DNA of 64,000 bases from Histomonas meleagridis 2922-C6/04-290x (Eukaryota; Protista; Parabasalia), in assembly GCA_020184695.1 (NCBI GenBank), contig JAANOX010000199.1, positions 1-64,000 on the forward strand, written 5' to 3'. The first letter of the stretch is position 1; every line of letters begins with the position of its first letter. A model generated the notes under the pieces. The model was not told the origin of the DNA and ran no database searches. It worked only from the letters and a program-made list of their open reading frames with translations. The translations under genes and the position numbers were made by a program. Shown one piece after another: positions 15,293 to 26,884 of this stretch.

Positions 15293-15306
15293 ACGGTTTT
15301 ATCATC
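15293..15306 (+). promoter_or_regulatory. M3-like (ACGGTTT) plus Inr-like (TCATC) core promoter
   Basis: caacggttttatcatc lies ~30-45 nt upstream of ATG 15,338; matches known trichomonad core promoter motifs. Confidence 0.5.
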
Positions 15307-15337
15307 TAACAAAATCCACACACAAAACCAGATTAAA

Positions 15338-18300
15338 ATGGATATAAATACATTTTGTACACTTGCTTTGGATGCACTTTCATTTAGTGAAACTAGAGAG
15401 CAGAGTGATATGACGCTCTCTAATTTTGTTCAACAATCACCTATTCAATTTGCCCTTCTTTCTTATCAACTAATTTGTGAAGGTGCTAATCAAAAAATCC
15501 AAGATGTTGGAGCAACTCTCCTATACCATGTTATTAAGGTTGGTATTTGTCAATCACCTGAATTTATGAATGTTTTTTGGGGTATTTTTTCACAGCATTT
15601 CAAAGATATTCTTACAAAACCAACAACATCAGAGACTACTAAGTCATTACTTTCTAATACTATTGCTACAATGGCTAGTACCACATTTAAATTAAATGGT
15701 GTTTCAATAATTCAAGAATTTATTATGGAGCTAAGCGACATTCCTGAATTAGAAACTGTTATTCTTCTTGTTGTACAAAAAATTTTACTTGAAGGATCCG
15801 GTCTTTCAGGATTTCCACATAATTATTTATTACAACTTGTTTCTAAAACCCTCCAATATGACTCTTCTGTTATTCCACGTGCACAGCTCTTTTTTGCTTT
15901 ATCTGGGTCAACTGAAGATAATGCATTTTTTGTATCAGTTTTTCCACAACTGTTAACACAATTTCCACAGGACAAACTCCAGCAGTTACTTGTTGTGATT
16001 GAAGGGTTTGCTGAAAAGCATGCCATCTTATTTAATGATATTTTAGAAAGTTTTGTTGGTTTTTTAGTTAGTATAGCATTATGTCAAACATGTGAGTATC
16101 GGAACATGGCTCTTTTTATCTTTGCTGCTTTATCAATAGGTGCTCCATTAATGTGTTCTAATTCCCCAGCATTTTATCAAAATGTATTTCCATGTCTTAT
16201 CTCTATTATCTCTGAAATTGATGAACAAAGTATTATTATTCATGATCATAATGATACATCATCACCAGCAGTAGCCATTGACACTTTTAATTTAATTTTT
16301 CAATCATCCGGGGCACCCCAATACTTTATATTTTTAAATCAATATCGTAAAGAATTTTTAAATCAACAACGAGAATATAATTGGAAACAACTATATGCCT
16401 TATTATTTCCATTTACTATTGCTTCTGGTTTAATATATCAAGTATTTTTAGAAAATGATGATTTAATGATAGATTTCACACGAGATTTAATTGGTTTTTT
16501 ACAGCCTAACATTAATAATCCTTATATTAAAATTGTTACATATAAAATAATCTCACGAATGTCCATTCATTTATATATCCATTTTCCTATTAAAACAAGT
16601 GAAACATTACTTCCATGTTTATTAAGCTTTTTAAATGAGCCACAACTTGAAGTACAAAAAGCAGCAGTTGAAGCATTATGTAATTTCTTAGTTGGGTTTA
16701 ATTATCGTCTTAAAGATTATTTTAACGCAGTTTATCCACATATTATTGATTTAATACCTAAAGTAGCTCCAGAAATCCAAGCATATTTATTTGAAATCGT
16801 CGCACGATTTGAAAATGCAGTTCGTGAAAACTTTATACCATATTTCCCGACTGTATATTCATTAGTTAAACAATTTTATCCAACGTCACAAACATATTCA
16901 CATCGAATTTCTATCATTCAAGCATTTGCTGAAGGGTTATATAACATATTACATAAAAATAAAACAGTGCCACAAGATTGTTCACCATTAATTCATACGT
17001 TTTTAAATGATGTTATCCAAATGAAAGATCGATATATTAATGAAGTCTTTGATCAAAGTTGTCATAATGCGATGTTAAAGTTAATTCGATTATTAGGTAG
17101 CGATATAACTAATTATGCGGATAACTTATTAAAAAACTCGATCGAAACAGCACAATTAGATTTATCACCCGAAGTATTTGAAGAATTCGAAGATACTTCA
17201 TGTTGTCCATTATCTATTTATAGCAAAATTAGTCCGAATGGTAAACCATTAAAAGTCTTTGTCTTAAAGACAAAAATTATTGAGATACATAATGCTATTG
17301 AAATCATTAATGTTATTGTAATCTTATTACGGAAAAAATTAACGCCATATTTAAATGTATTTATAGGAATCATTCAAAAATGGATTGATTACCCTTATAT
17401 GTCATTTACTATCATCAATAAAATCATTAAATTATTCGATAACTTATTAAAATATTTCTCTGATGAACAAGAAATTATGGATCAATTATTACCATTTGGA
17501 TTTTTAATGTATTTCCATATATTACAATATTTAGATGACATCATTAAGAACAATGAGTTAATTACAATTTTATTAAATCATTGTCGTGTATTATTGTCAA
17601 CATCATCGAAACTTGGACGTGTTAATTTAGAAACATTTGAGAATACTTTTCGTTCATTTCCACAAATATTACATAAAATTGTCGAATCGAAAGCTAAACG
17701 AATTAAAGACTTAGATAAGTTTAATACACAAGAACAAGAACTTGATATCAAAGTTAATCAAACAGATTCTTGTTTAGGTACATTATTTGAAGTTGTTCGT
17801 ATAGCAATGAAGAATTTCCCACAAATCTTCTTACCACTTTATGAAGAAATCTTTTTACCGCAAATCGAACAAATAATTACAAATCCATTAACAAAATCAA
17901 CAGGTTTAAGTTTATTAGCAACTTATATATTAGTTGTTGGTAATGATATGTCACGTATAAACATAATAAATAATTTCTTTCAACAATTAATTAGCTCAGT
18001 AATGATGAAATCATTGGATGTCTCGATTTCAGCATTAAATCAATTAATCGAAATCGAAGAGAAAAAATTTCCTTTATCAAATGATTTAATCCAAGTATTA
18101 TATAATACTTATTTAAGTATTATGCGTGATGATAATTTAGTAAACTATAAGATGATCGCAGAAATCCCCGATGTGGCATTCGCTGCTTTCACATTGTTAG
18201 TAAAAAATTATTTAATGCATACGCCAATAAGAGATCAGGCTATTGACGAGTTCTTCGAATCTTTCCCAGTTTGGGAAGAAAACCCTTTCTCCGATATAGT

Positions 18301-18556
18301 CTTTAGCTTCTTGGCAGACTTGTTGGAATCAAATGACCCGAAAATTTTGGGTAATCCCGACTACATATTCACCGCTATTAAAGAGGTCGCTTCGGCAATA
18401 GGAAACTTCATGATGGAGTCCAAAACCGAAGAAAGATTGGTGGAAACGATGAAATCAATATCAGTGAGGTCGAGAGATTTGTTCGAAGAATGCGCTAAAG
18501 AAGTGTCGCCAGAAAGAATGAATAAGTTGTTGCAGTATATGGGATTGGTACAATAA
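15338..18556 (+). CDS. Importin-beta/karyopherin-family HEAT-repeat protein (IPO5/IPO4-like)
   Basis: 1072-aa helical ORF with HEAT-like segments such as EVQKAAVEALCNFL; C-terminal PVWEENPFSDIVFSFLADLLE resembles importin-5-type C-termini. Confidence 0.7.
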   Translation: MDINTFCTLALDALSFSETREQSDMTLSNFVQQSPIQFALLSYQLICEGANQKIQDVGATLLYHVIKVGICQSPEFMNVFWGIFSQHFKDILTKPTTSETTKSLLSNTIATMASTTFKLNGVSIIQEFIMELSDIPELETVILLVVQKILLEGSGLSGFPHNYLLQLVSKTLQYDSSVIPRAQLFFALSGSTEDNAFFVSVFPQLLTQFPQDKLQQLLVVIEGFAEKHAILFNDILESFVGFLVSIALCQTCEYRNMALFIFAALSIGAPLMCSNSPAFYQNVFPCLISIISEIDEQSIIIHDHNDTSSPAVAIDTFNLIFQSSGAPQYFIFLNQYRKEFLNQQREYNWKQLYALLFPFTIASGLIYQVFLENDDLMIDFTRDLIGFLQPNINNPYIKIVTYKIISRMSIHLYIHFPIKTSETLLPCLLSFLNEPQLEVQKAAVEALCNFLVGFNYRLKDYFNAVYPHIIDLIPKVAPEIQAYLFEIVARFENAVRENFIPYFPTVYSLVKQFYPTSQTYSHRISIIQAFAEGLYNILHKNKTVPQDCSPLIHTFLNDVIQMKDRYINEVFDQSCHNAMLKLIRLLGSDITNYADNLLKNSIETAQLDLSPEVFEEFEDTSCCPLSIYSKISPNGKPLKVFVLKTKIIEIHNAIEIINVIVILLRKKLTPYLNVFIGIIQKWIDYPYMSFTIINKIIKLFDNLLKYFSDEQEIMDQLLPFGFLMYFHILQYLDDIIKNNELITILLNHCRVLLSTSSKLGRVNLETFENTFRSFPQILHKIVESKAKRIKDLDKFNTQEQELDIKVNQTDSCLGTLFEVVRIAMKNFPQIFLPLYEEIFLPQIEQIITNPLTKSTGLSLLATYILVVGNDMSRINIINNFFQQLISSVMMKSLDVSISALNQLIEIEEKKFPLSNDLIQVLYNTYLSIMRDDNLVNYKMIAEIPDVAFAAFTLLVKNYLMHTPIRDQAIDEFFESFPVWEENPFSDIVFSFLADLLESNDPKILGNPDYIFTAIKEVASAIGNFMMESKTEERLVETMKSISVRSRDLFEECAKEVSPERMNKLLQYMGLVQ

Positions 18557-19292
18557 TGATTAAAAAATTGTGTAATCTTTGGAATAAATTAAATTTGTAT
18601 CATAATATGTTTCGATGCATTCATAAGATGATTGCAATGTCTTTTGGTTTATTTTAAATTGCCTTGTAAAAATTCATTTTATTTTAATTATGAGTTTTTA
18701 GTTCATTGCAATATACATTTCATTTGTTTCGCTGATGATTCATATATTTATTTCCATAGTTTAATTTTTTTGCTAATGATATGATATGTATTGATATAAT
18801 GGGAATTATTCAGAATTAAATCATGTAAAAAATTGATTCATGAATTAATGCAATATTTATTTATTTATCAAATTATCAAATACATTCTATTTTAACACTT
18901 TCATTGAGAACCATTATATTAATATTTTTTTTATCTAATTTTTGTTCTGTTCGTCACTTTCTTGTGATTTGATGTCTATCAATGATCTTTTTGTATCTTG
19001 CAATAACAACCAAATTATGAATTGTTAGATAACTTCGGTGGAGATCATTTTTAGCAATTTTGGATACAGTTATTCAAAAAAGCAAAATTCTTTTTGGAGC
19101 AAACTTTTCATTTGTTTTAAACCACCTTCTTTCGTGGTAAATTCTCAACTTATAAGTACCAAAAATTTATTTTTGTTAGTTGGCCTACCACCCAAAAATT
19201 TAGGAGATCCAATACTTTCAAGCATGAACAACATGTTGGTTTAGGCGACCAAATAATCATTCAACACTATTTTCTATAGTTTACCCAATCGG

Positions 19293-19502
19293 ATGTCCTA
19301 CTTAGGAGAAGAATACAAAACAGAATTTGGAGAATTTCTAGACTTCGAAACAGATGATAATCCACACGTTGAGTTTAGAGAACAGTACGATGAATTTATT
19401 CCTCTTGAATCAATAAGTATTGAAAATTCTCCAATCTATGAGCATATCTCAACAATTGTACAGAATATCAGAGCACAAAGAGAAAGCCAGGCAAACAAAT
19501 AA
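19293..19502 (+). CDS. Small acidic hypothetical protein (69 aa)
   Basis: ATG start, protein-like composition, convergent with the next gene. Confidence 0.45.
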   Translation: MSYLGEEYKTEFGEFLDFETDDNPHVEFREQYDEFIPLESISIENSPIYEHISTIVQNIRAQRESQANK

Positions 19503-19565
19503 CAAAACATCAAAAAATGTTATGAAAATACAACTTAAATTATTCGTATTTTTCATAGTGAGTCC

Positions 19566-20669
19566 TTAATAAAAATCATTAACACCCAATCTTTGATCCT
19601 TATTTTTAGAGTTAAGTTTGGCCAATTGTTTTCTAAGTTCATTATTTTCTTTTTTGAGCTGATTGACTTCTTCTACAATGATTTTTATTTCTTGTTCCTT
19701 GCAAAACTTTTCTTGTTGAAACCGTGAAGCCCTATTTGTGTAATTTCTTGTCTCAGTCAAAATTTCTTCATCATAAGTTTGAACATTTGAAAGTGTTTCT
19801 TTCATTCTTTGTAAATCATCTCTTGTTGTTTGTATTTGCTTTTGTCTAAATTGTTGAATTTGTTTAATCATTTTCTGAAGACTTTCATTTTTAAAATTTG
19901 CATATTTTAGTTCTTGCTCTAATTTTTGTTTCTCACATGTGTACTGTTTGTCTAAACTTTGTAAGTGTTCGTTATATTTTTCTTTTCTTTGTTCTATCTC
20001 ATTTGTTAATCTTTGAATCTCAGTTTGATGTTCTCTCTCTCTAAGCTCAACAGAATGTAAACACTCATTAATCTTTGAACGAATAGCGCGCATTTCATCT
20101 CTATGCAAAATTGTTATTTCTGATAATTTTGCTTCAAGTGATTGAATATGTTTGTTGCTTTCAGCTGCTTTGTGCTTCGATTGTTGCAAAAGAGTATTTC
20201 GTGATATAGCTGCTTGATTGGCTGTTGATCTTGCAAGACTTTGTAGAGAAGAAAGCTCGTTTTTGAGTTCTTCAAGCTTTGATGATTTTTCAAAAAGAAT
20301 AGAATCTAAATGTTTTTTTGCCCATTGCTCAGCTTCATTTAATGCTTGTGTACAATTTAATCTGAGCGTTTCTATTTCTTTTTGGTGATTTTTGTGAAGC
20401 CTTTGGATTTCAGTTTCATATTTTTGTTTGATTTCTTCAATGGCTTTTTGTTCAATATTAATATCTTCATTATCATCATCACTATTTTTATTTATATATG
20501 TTAGTCTTGATGCTTTATAATCATATTCAGCTTTCAGCTTTGTTAAAATAATTTCAGATTCTTCTATTAACTTTTGAATTTTTTCAATTTCATTTGCTTT
20601 CTGTGTTAAAATTTCTTTTGCATCTGTATGTATTTCTGATATTTTTGTATTGGATGAACGAGTGTTCAT
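19566..20669 (-). CDS. Coiled-coil protein; probable start MNTRSS at 20,669
   Basis: Long K/E/Q heptad-rich ORF. The track start is a TTG; first ATG at 20,669 has tcac Inr-like sequence just upstream. Confidence 0.8.
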   Translation of the reverse strand: MNTRSSNTKISEIHTDAKEILTQKANEIEKIQKLIEESEIILTKLKAEYDYKASRLTYINKNSDDDNEDINIEQKAIEEIKQKYETEIQRLHKNHQKEIETLRLNCTQALNEAEQWAKKHLDSILFEKSSKLEELKNELSSLQSLARSTANQAAISRNTLLQQSKHKAAESNKHIQSLEAKLSEITILHRDEMRAIRSKINECLHSVELREREHQTEIQRLTNEIEQRKEKYNEHLQSLDKQYTCEKQKLEQELKYANFKNESLQKMIKQIQQFRQKQIQTTRDDLQRMKETLSNVQTYDEEILTETRNYTNRASRFQQEKFCKEQEIKIIVEEVNQLKKENNELRKQLAKLNSKNKDQRLGVNDFY

Positions 20670-20744
20670 CTTTGGTGATTCGATTCCTAAACGTACAAAA
20701 AAAAAATCTATCGTCAAACAGAGCTCACAATTTCCAAGCTTCTA

Positions 20745-22214
20745 ATGAATGATATCTTTTCTGTTCTTGGGAATTCAAAAAAATCAGAAGAACCAAGCAA
20801 AAACATTGAACTACGCTTATCAGAGAACTCACAGCCTCTTGTTATAGCATTAACAAAAAAACTTACACCGCAATATTTAAATTCAATTTTAGCTTCAGCA
20901 TATAACTTCGGACCAAATTCTACATTTATATTATCACAAAAATGTGATAATTTTTTACTAGATAAAATTAATTTATCTTATAAAGATTCATACATGCCTC
21001 AAAGTGAAGAATATTTTATCAATGTAAGCAAATTTGATTTCGATATTGATCAAAGATATGAAGAGATGAAAGATGCAAATGAATCAATTCCACCAAAATT
21101 AACAATAGATGCTTTCTTCACATTTATTTCCCATCAAAGAACAAAAAATACATACCATCCATTACAAGCTTACGAACGATTTCTTTCAAGGGCCATCATT
21201 GATATTGTTAACAATGACATAACGCCATTATCAAAATCATTAGTTCCATATCTCAACGAAAACACACCTATTGCATCTACAACTAAAGACATAACAACTA
21301 GTATTTTGATTGACGTGTTTACGACTCTCTTTGGTGATAGTTGTCTTTGGGAATTAAATCAATCCCCATCTTCATTTCCTTTTTGGCCAAGATTAATTGG
21401 TTTTATAGCTGGTCTTCTAATCAACCATGACATTGAATTTTCATGTGTCCGCAAAGCTCTTAAACCTTTTCAACCGTCGAAGTTGATAGAGTTATTTATC
21501 GTTGACATTATTAGCATCCTTCGTCAAAAAATTGTTGTATCTGAAATCTTTAAAATTGTTTCAAGCCTTTTCCCTGACTTATGGATCATTAATTCTTTTA
21601 TGAATTATAAAGATGTATACAACATGTTAATCGTAAACGACTTTTTTTCGATCATGCCATTTGTCGCAATTCGGTGCATTGTTCACCGAGCGCTCAAAGG
21701 ACAAATCGACCCAAGTGATGCTTCAAGCTCAATTTTACAGCTCGGGAATATGTCACTTTTTGCATCTAAACGGTTTTCGAGTGCAATGATTGATCCAATT
21801 TTCGGTCACATCTATAAAACGATTCTTAACGATGATTTACCGTACCTAGAAATGAGCCAAGATCAACTTGATAGTATTTTATTACTTTTAAACAGATTAT
21901 CACCAATGTTAATATCGACATTTTCAAAAAATAAAAACTCACAAATGTTGCTTTTGACGAGGCTTCAAAGACTTCTTGAAAAGCGTGGATTTGAACCAAA
22001 AGGCTTATGCTTAGTTTTATTTTCTTTTATGTATGAAAAAGGTATTGTTCATTTTGATGCTTTAAATAATTACGTACAAAGTACACCAACGCATTTGGGT
22101 GGAAAAAATTCCGTAATGCTCGAGATAAACTCGTTTTTGATGACTATGGTACCAGGACCTTTTCCATCTCTAGCAAAGGAATTTGTAGTGGGAAAGAACA
22201 CTCAACAGCAATAA
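20745..22214 (+). CDS. Hypothetical protein with possible C-terminal W2 (eIF4G/eIF5-type) helical domain
   Basis: 489-aa ORF; LFSFMYEKGIV...GKNSVMLEINSFL resembles the W2 pattern (FF..LYD.DVI...GK..AL..V..F). Domain call is inference. Confidence 0.55.
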   Translation: MNDIFSVLGNSKKSEEPSKNIELRLSENSQPLVIALTKKLTPQYLNSILASAYNFGPNSTFILSQKCDNFLLDKINLSYKDSYMPQSEEYFINVSKFDFDIDQRYEEMKDANESIPPKLTIDAFFTFISHQRTKNTYHPLQAYERFLSRAIIDIVNNDITPLSKSLVPYLNENTPIASTTKDITTSILIDVFTTLFGDSCLWELNQSPSSFPFWPRLIGFIAGLLINHDIEFSCVRKALKPFQPSKLIELFIVDIISILRQKIVVSEIFKIVSSLFPDLWIINSFMNYKDVYNMLIVNDFFSIMPFVAIRCIVHRALKGQIDPSDASSSILQLGNMSLFASKRFSSAMIDPIFGHIYKTILNDDLPYLEMSQDQLDSILLLLNRLSPMLISTFSKNKNSQMLLLTRLQRLLEKRGFEPKGLCLVLFSFMYEKGIVHFDALNNYVQSTPTHLGGKNSVMLEINSFLMTMVPGPFPSLAKEFVVGKNTQQQ

Positions 22215-22726
22215 ATGTTAATGTAATTAGTGTTATGTAAAATAAATTTTTTCGTATAAGCTTTATTATAAATATTTTAATAGTATATCTTGAAATACAA
22301 TAAATGGTTATAAGAAAACAACAATGTGGAATTTCAATGTATTCATGAACTTAAAAGCAAAATTAATACAAATTGGTGGTGTTTTTATCTGCGATTATAT
22401 TCTCTTATGTTGGATTATTTCACACATTGCATTTCAAAATGCAATTCTAAGAATTTCATAGCCATTTGTGTCGTAATTTTGGTATTATATGCTAAGCTTT
22501 ATATGAGATGTTTTTAGTGTTATAAAATATTTAAATAAATGTCACATTCATTTTTCTTTTTTATAGCAAAATCAAATTTTCAAGAAACCGTTAAAATCGT
22601 TTCTCAATTTAACCGTTTGTAACTTTTCCTTAACTTTCACGTGAATAAAGTTAACAAAAATGAACAACAATATTGTTTTCAAATTTCTGTTTAATATCTC
22701 AACAAGTCAGGATTAAGTAATTAGAG

Positions 22727-23755
22727 ATGAGCGACTTAGAATCTGAAGCCGAGATTAAAGATTTAATTCAAGAGAAACTTGCAAAATCTGATAAACAAAC
22801 CCAAGATATACCGCTTTCTTCTTATTATCATTATGAAAAAAAACCAAAAAAGATTCCATGGCTAGTAATCTTTATATGTTCATTCTTAGTAATTTTTTTC
22901 ACTGTACTTTTCTTTTGTGTATATTTCATTCCACGTAGCGAATATCTTAATGCCAAAAATGAACATCCAGAACTCGATTTTTTTGATATTCCGTTCTCAC
23001 CTGTTATATTACATTGGCTATATTATATTTTTATACTTGTTCTCCTTGTTTCAATTCCATCCGTAATATATTTTGATTACTCTGTCGCATGCATTATGAT
23101 AGTAAGCACAGCCGCATGTACAGTATTTTCTTTCATACTGATTGTACCAATTCTGGACAACAAAGAAAGTATTCTTCGGAGTGCATTTGATGATTCTCAA
23201 TTTTATTCATTTTTTGAAAATAACATCAGAGAAATTGTTAACCAAAATCCAATATTATCTGTCTATTGGCAAGGCCGTAAAAGCAGTGGTTATCAATGTT
23301 ATCCTCGAACAAAAATCATTGAATCAAATAGTTCAAATACTTCTACATATTTACCACAGTTTGCAGACTACGGATGGGTGCAGTTAAAGATGAACATTGA
23401 ACTAACGCGCGAAATGATTGATTATGCATATAATTATAGTTTGATATATCGGAAGTATTTGCCAAATTCTAGCTTCAAAGGACACGCAATCACATGGGAA
23501 AACCAAACTAAGTACACACTAAGAGGCTACAACACTGATGTTACGCTCATTAAGCGGAAAAATTTGGAAGGCAAATTGAGCCCTGACGTCGGAAGAACTA
23601 TGATGGCGTTTTTCTCTGGCGTGGGCTACATATACCGATTGTGCACAATTCCGATATACACTGCGCAAATTAATAAGACAAATGTTGTGATGAATTTTGA
23701 GCCAATTAATGAAAGTGATCAATTCTTTGAAATTATTAGTGTGACAAGTTGCTGA
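22727..23755 (+). CDS. Membrane protein with about 3 N-terminal transmembrane helices
   Basis: 342-aa ORF with three hydrophobic stretches in the first 140 aa. Confidence 0.75.
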   Translation: MSDLESEAEIKDLIQEKLAKSDKQTQDIPLSSYYHYEKKPKKIPWLVIFICSFLVIFFTVLFFCVYFIPRSEYLNAKNEHPELDFFDIPFSPVILHWLYYIFILVLLVSIPSVIYFDYSVACIMIVSTAACTVFSFILIVPILDNKESILRSAFDDSQFYSFFENNIREIVNQNPILSVYWQGRKSSGYQCYPRTKIIESNSSNTSTYLPQFADYGWVQLKMNIELTREMIDYAYNYSLIYRKYLPNSSFKGHAITWENQTKYTLRGYNTDVTLIKRKNLEGKLSPDVGRTMMAFFSGVGYIYRLCTIPIYTAQINKTNVVMNFEPINESDQFFEIISVTSC

Positions 23756-24521
23756 TGAATAATAAAAAATGTAATTTGATGTGTGTTAACATATTAAACA
23801 AATACGTAAATGGTTCTTTTTTATATAGGATAAGAAGTGAGAGAAAATGAAATATTTTTATTAAATTTAAATTAAAATATAATGAGAAAATAATGGAAAT
23901 TTCTATTTTGTTTTTTCCTTTCATTATTATTTAAAATTTTTAAGAATATTGATATGAAAATATCTTAAAACTTTTCACAATTTAGTAATTAAATTTGATG
24001 AATTAAAAATAAGATATTATTATATACATTAACAATTCCATTATCAGTCTCATGTAACTAACTATTTATGAATTCATAAAATAGGATATCCTTTCTTTGT
24101 ACATATACATTTTATTAATTTTCCATTTTTTTATTTTATTTTAGAACATAGTCATTATTATTTATATCATAATAAATATTATCACAATACATTTTACTAA
24201 TACATGTTTTGAATAAAAAAGCAGAAATTTCTCCAAATATATTCGGGTGAAAAAGCTCTATTCGGCATAAAAAACGCCATCCGCATCATTTTTCTATATA
24301 AAAAAATCATCATTTTGCGGTTGTCTGGTTTATTGTTCAATTTAAATCTCAAAACTCAAATTAGTTAATCATTCTATGAATTTTTTCAAAAACATATTGA
24401 ACCTATCACTGTAAGTTCGTTAACAGACTTGTTTGTTGGATTTCCGACAGCAAGATTTCTTTAAAACTGCTTTGCATGAAAATAAACGTACGATTTTATG
24501 GTAAAGCTATAACAAACCAAA

Positions 24522-25793
24522 ATGGAAAGCCATGAAACTGAATCTGAAACCAAAACAAGCGCTCAAAAAGAAACTGAAAGCTTAACTGAAGTTACTCCCG
24601 TTTCAAGTGAACCATCTAATAAAATTTATTTTACCAATTTTTTTAATAATTTAGAAACAACAAAAAACAAGCAGGTACAACTTCAAGGTGAGGTTGATAT
24701 TCTTTCAAAAAAATTAGAAGCCCTTAAAACCATATATTCACAAATCAATCCAAAATTTATTACACAAAATGAAACCAATTTAATCAACTCCCAGATAGGC
24801 TTCCTGTTTAGCCAAAACACAACTCTTCAACTTCAAAGTGCATTAACGCAATTAGTTGAAATAACGAAACAAATCAGTTCACTGAATGAAATTTGCACAA
24901 ACATTGAAATAAAAATCAATTCCGAGAAATCTCTTCGTTCACAACTCATTGAAGCCAACTCTTTTATTAATTCATTTTCACCCGCCATTTTCACATCATA
25001 TTTCACATTACCTGATTTCACATCACAATTCTCTTCAACAAATGATTCTTTTGTATTACAATCTGATATCTCAAATCTTGAATCACGACTTAAGCAATTA
25101 AATTCATTAATACACAGCTGTTCGCGCGCTCAGCCGTTGACTTCACTTAACACATCTATTTTTACTTCAATATTTCGATCATCAGAACTTCAATCAAATT
25201 CACAAAAAAGTCTTTACAGTGAATCACAGCAAAATGTGAATGAGCTTAAACTTGAACTTCGAAATACAGAATCATTAATTAAAGAACTTCAACAAAATAA
25301 TTTCGAATGTCAACAAAAACTTCAAAATTATAAATTTAATTTATATAAAAATGAACAAAGTTTTGCCCAAAAATATAACAAAAGTCTGCAAAATTTCGAA
25401 AACGAACAATTTGATTTGGATACAAAAATATTAAATTTAAAGAAACAATTAAATGAATCAATTAAATGTACAAATGAAATTAATTCGGAAATCGAAAAGA
25501 TAATAAAATATGAAAACGAAAATGAATTTACTGAAGAAGAAAAAAGTTTGGAACAAAATATTAACAAATTAAAAAATGAAATAAGTGAATTAAATGCGAA
25601 ATATAAAAATGTTAAAATAAATGAAAAAAGAAAAATAAAAAAATTAAAAACAGAAATTATAAAATTGAATAAAATTTATGAAAATAATATAAGCAAAATT
25701 ACTTATAGTGATAAGGAAAGAAAAATTAGTGAAATGTTTTCAAGTATTGATGAATCAATGAAAGAAACATTTGAATCAGAAAATTTGATTTAA
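24522..25793 (+). CDS. Coiled-coil hypothetical protein
   Basis: 423-aa ORF rich in N/E/K/Q heptads. Confidence 0.75.
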   Translation: MESHETESETKTSAQKETESLTEVTPVSSEPSNKIYFTNFFNNLETTKNKQVQLQGEVDILSKKLEALKTIYSQINPKFITQNETNLINSQIGFLFSQNTTLQLQSALTQLVEITKQISSLNEICTNIEIKINSEKSLRSQLIEANSFINSFSPAIFTSYFTLPDFTSQFSSTNDSFVLQSDISNLESRLKQLNSLIHSCSRAQPLTSLNTSIFTSIFRSSELQSNSQKSLYSESQQNVNELKLELRNTESLIKELQQNNFECQQKLQNYKFNLYKNEQSFAQKYNKSLQNFENEQFDLDTKILNLKKQLNESIKCTNEINSEIEKIIKYENENEFTEEEKSLEQNINKLKNEISELNAKYKNVKINEKRKIKKLKTEIIKLNKIYENNISKITYSDKERKISEMFSSIDESMKETFESENLI

Positions 25794-26884
25794 TGTTAAA
25801 TGTGGTCTAATAAATGTAAAATTATCTTTTTTTGTTTAAAATAATTTATGTGTGATTATATTGACAAAGTTATATAACATTTGATTCAAGTAAGTATTGA
25901 TTTGATTTATAAGATTATAACCGAAAAATTATTTTTAATTATACTTGTCTGCATCGCAGCTTTATCAATTTTCAGTTCTTTGAAATGATTTGCTTCTTTG
26001 AGTTGATTTTTCATATAAAAAAGCTATAACATGCTGTGAACTGTCGTTGTTTCGTCAAATCTCTATGAACCAGTCAATATTTAATAGACTTATATTATAT
26101 TTTATATCCTGCCACTTCATGCATATGAATTTAATTCCAGCATTAAGCAAGATATTGTATAACTTTTTTTATATTTTTTATCGCACAACCCAAAAAATAT
26201 ATATAATGTATTATTTCTATTTACGCTAGATCATAACTATATGGTGGCCAATTACCTATTTAAAGCTCCAGCTGGAGCTCCTCATCACATTGAGAAAATC
26301 TTTATTATAATAAGAAACATGGTATGATGCTTCATCTTGTTGCCATATCCATTGGCATTGGCCAAAAATGTGATAAACTGTGGTTAATACTGAATAGGTT
26401 TTTAAAATTTCATCAAACTTTTTAATTGAATATTGAAATTATATCATGTGATATTTATAAATGGCAAAACTGATATTGGGGCGCCCCATCTACTGGACCT
26501 GGGTCTAGACCTTTAAATTGTGTGAAAGAGGTTTTGACAGGCCAAATTGGTTATTAACACGATCTATTCGTCAGTATGGGTATGATCGCCAGTTTGACCA
26601 AACAAAGGAGTTGATCAAATGGATAGCATCGTTGCTTAACATTCCATACAGCCTCTCCACATTTTTTATAATAATTTTTTTCAATACTGCAAAAACAAAT
26701 TTGTTTATTGCAATATTACAAGTACACGTATAATATTTTTTCAAGCAAAGACTAAATATTATCCTGCTGATTAAAGTATTCATCATAAGAATTTAATGAG
26801 TATTATTTTTTTTAATCAACTTTTATGGAAAAACTTTTTTACACACACATGTTCTTACAAAATAGAGTAATAGAACAATTTTTT

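Noticed and set aside
18950-19260. Possible minus-strand gene (MLESIGSPKFLGGRP...)
   Set aside because: It has multiple in-frame stops and no recognisable homology.
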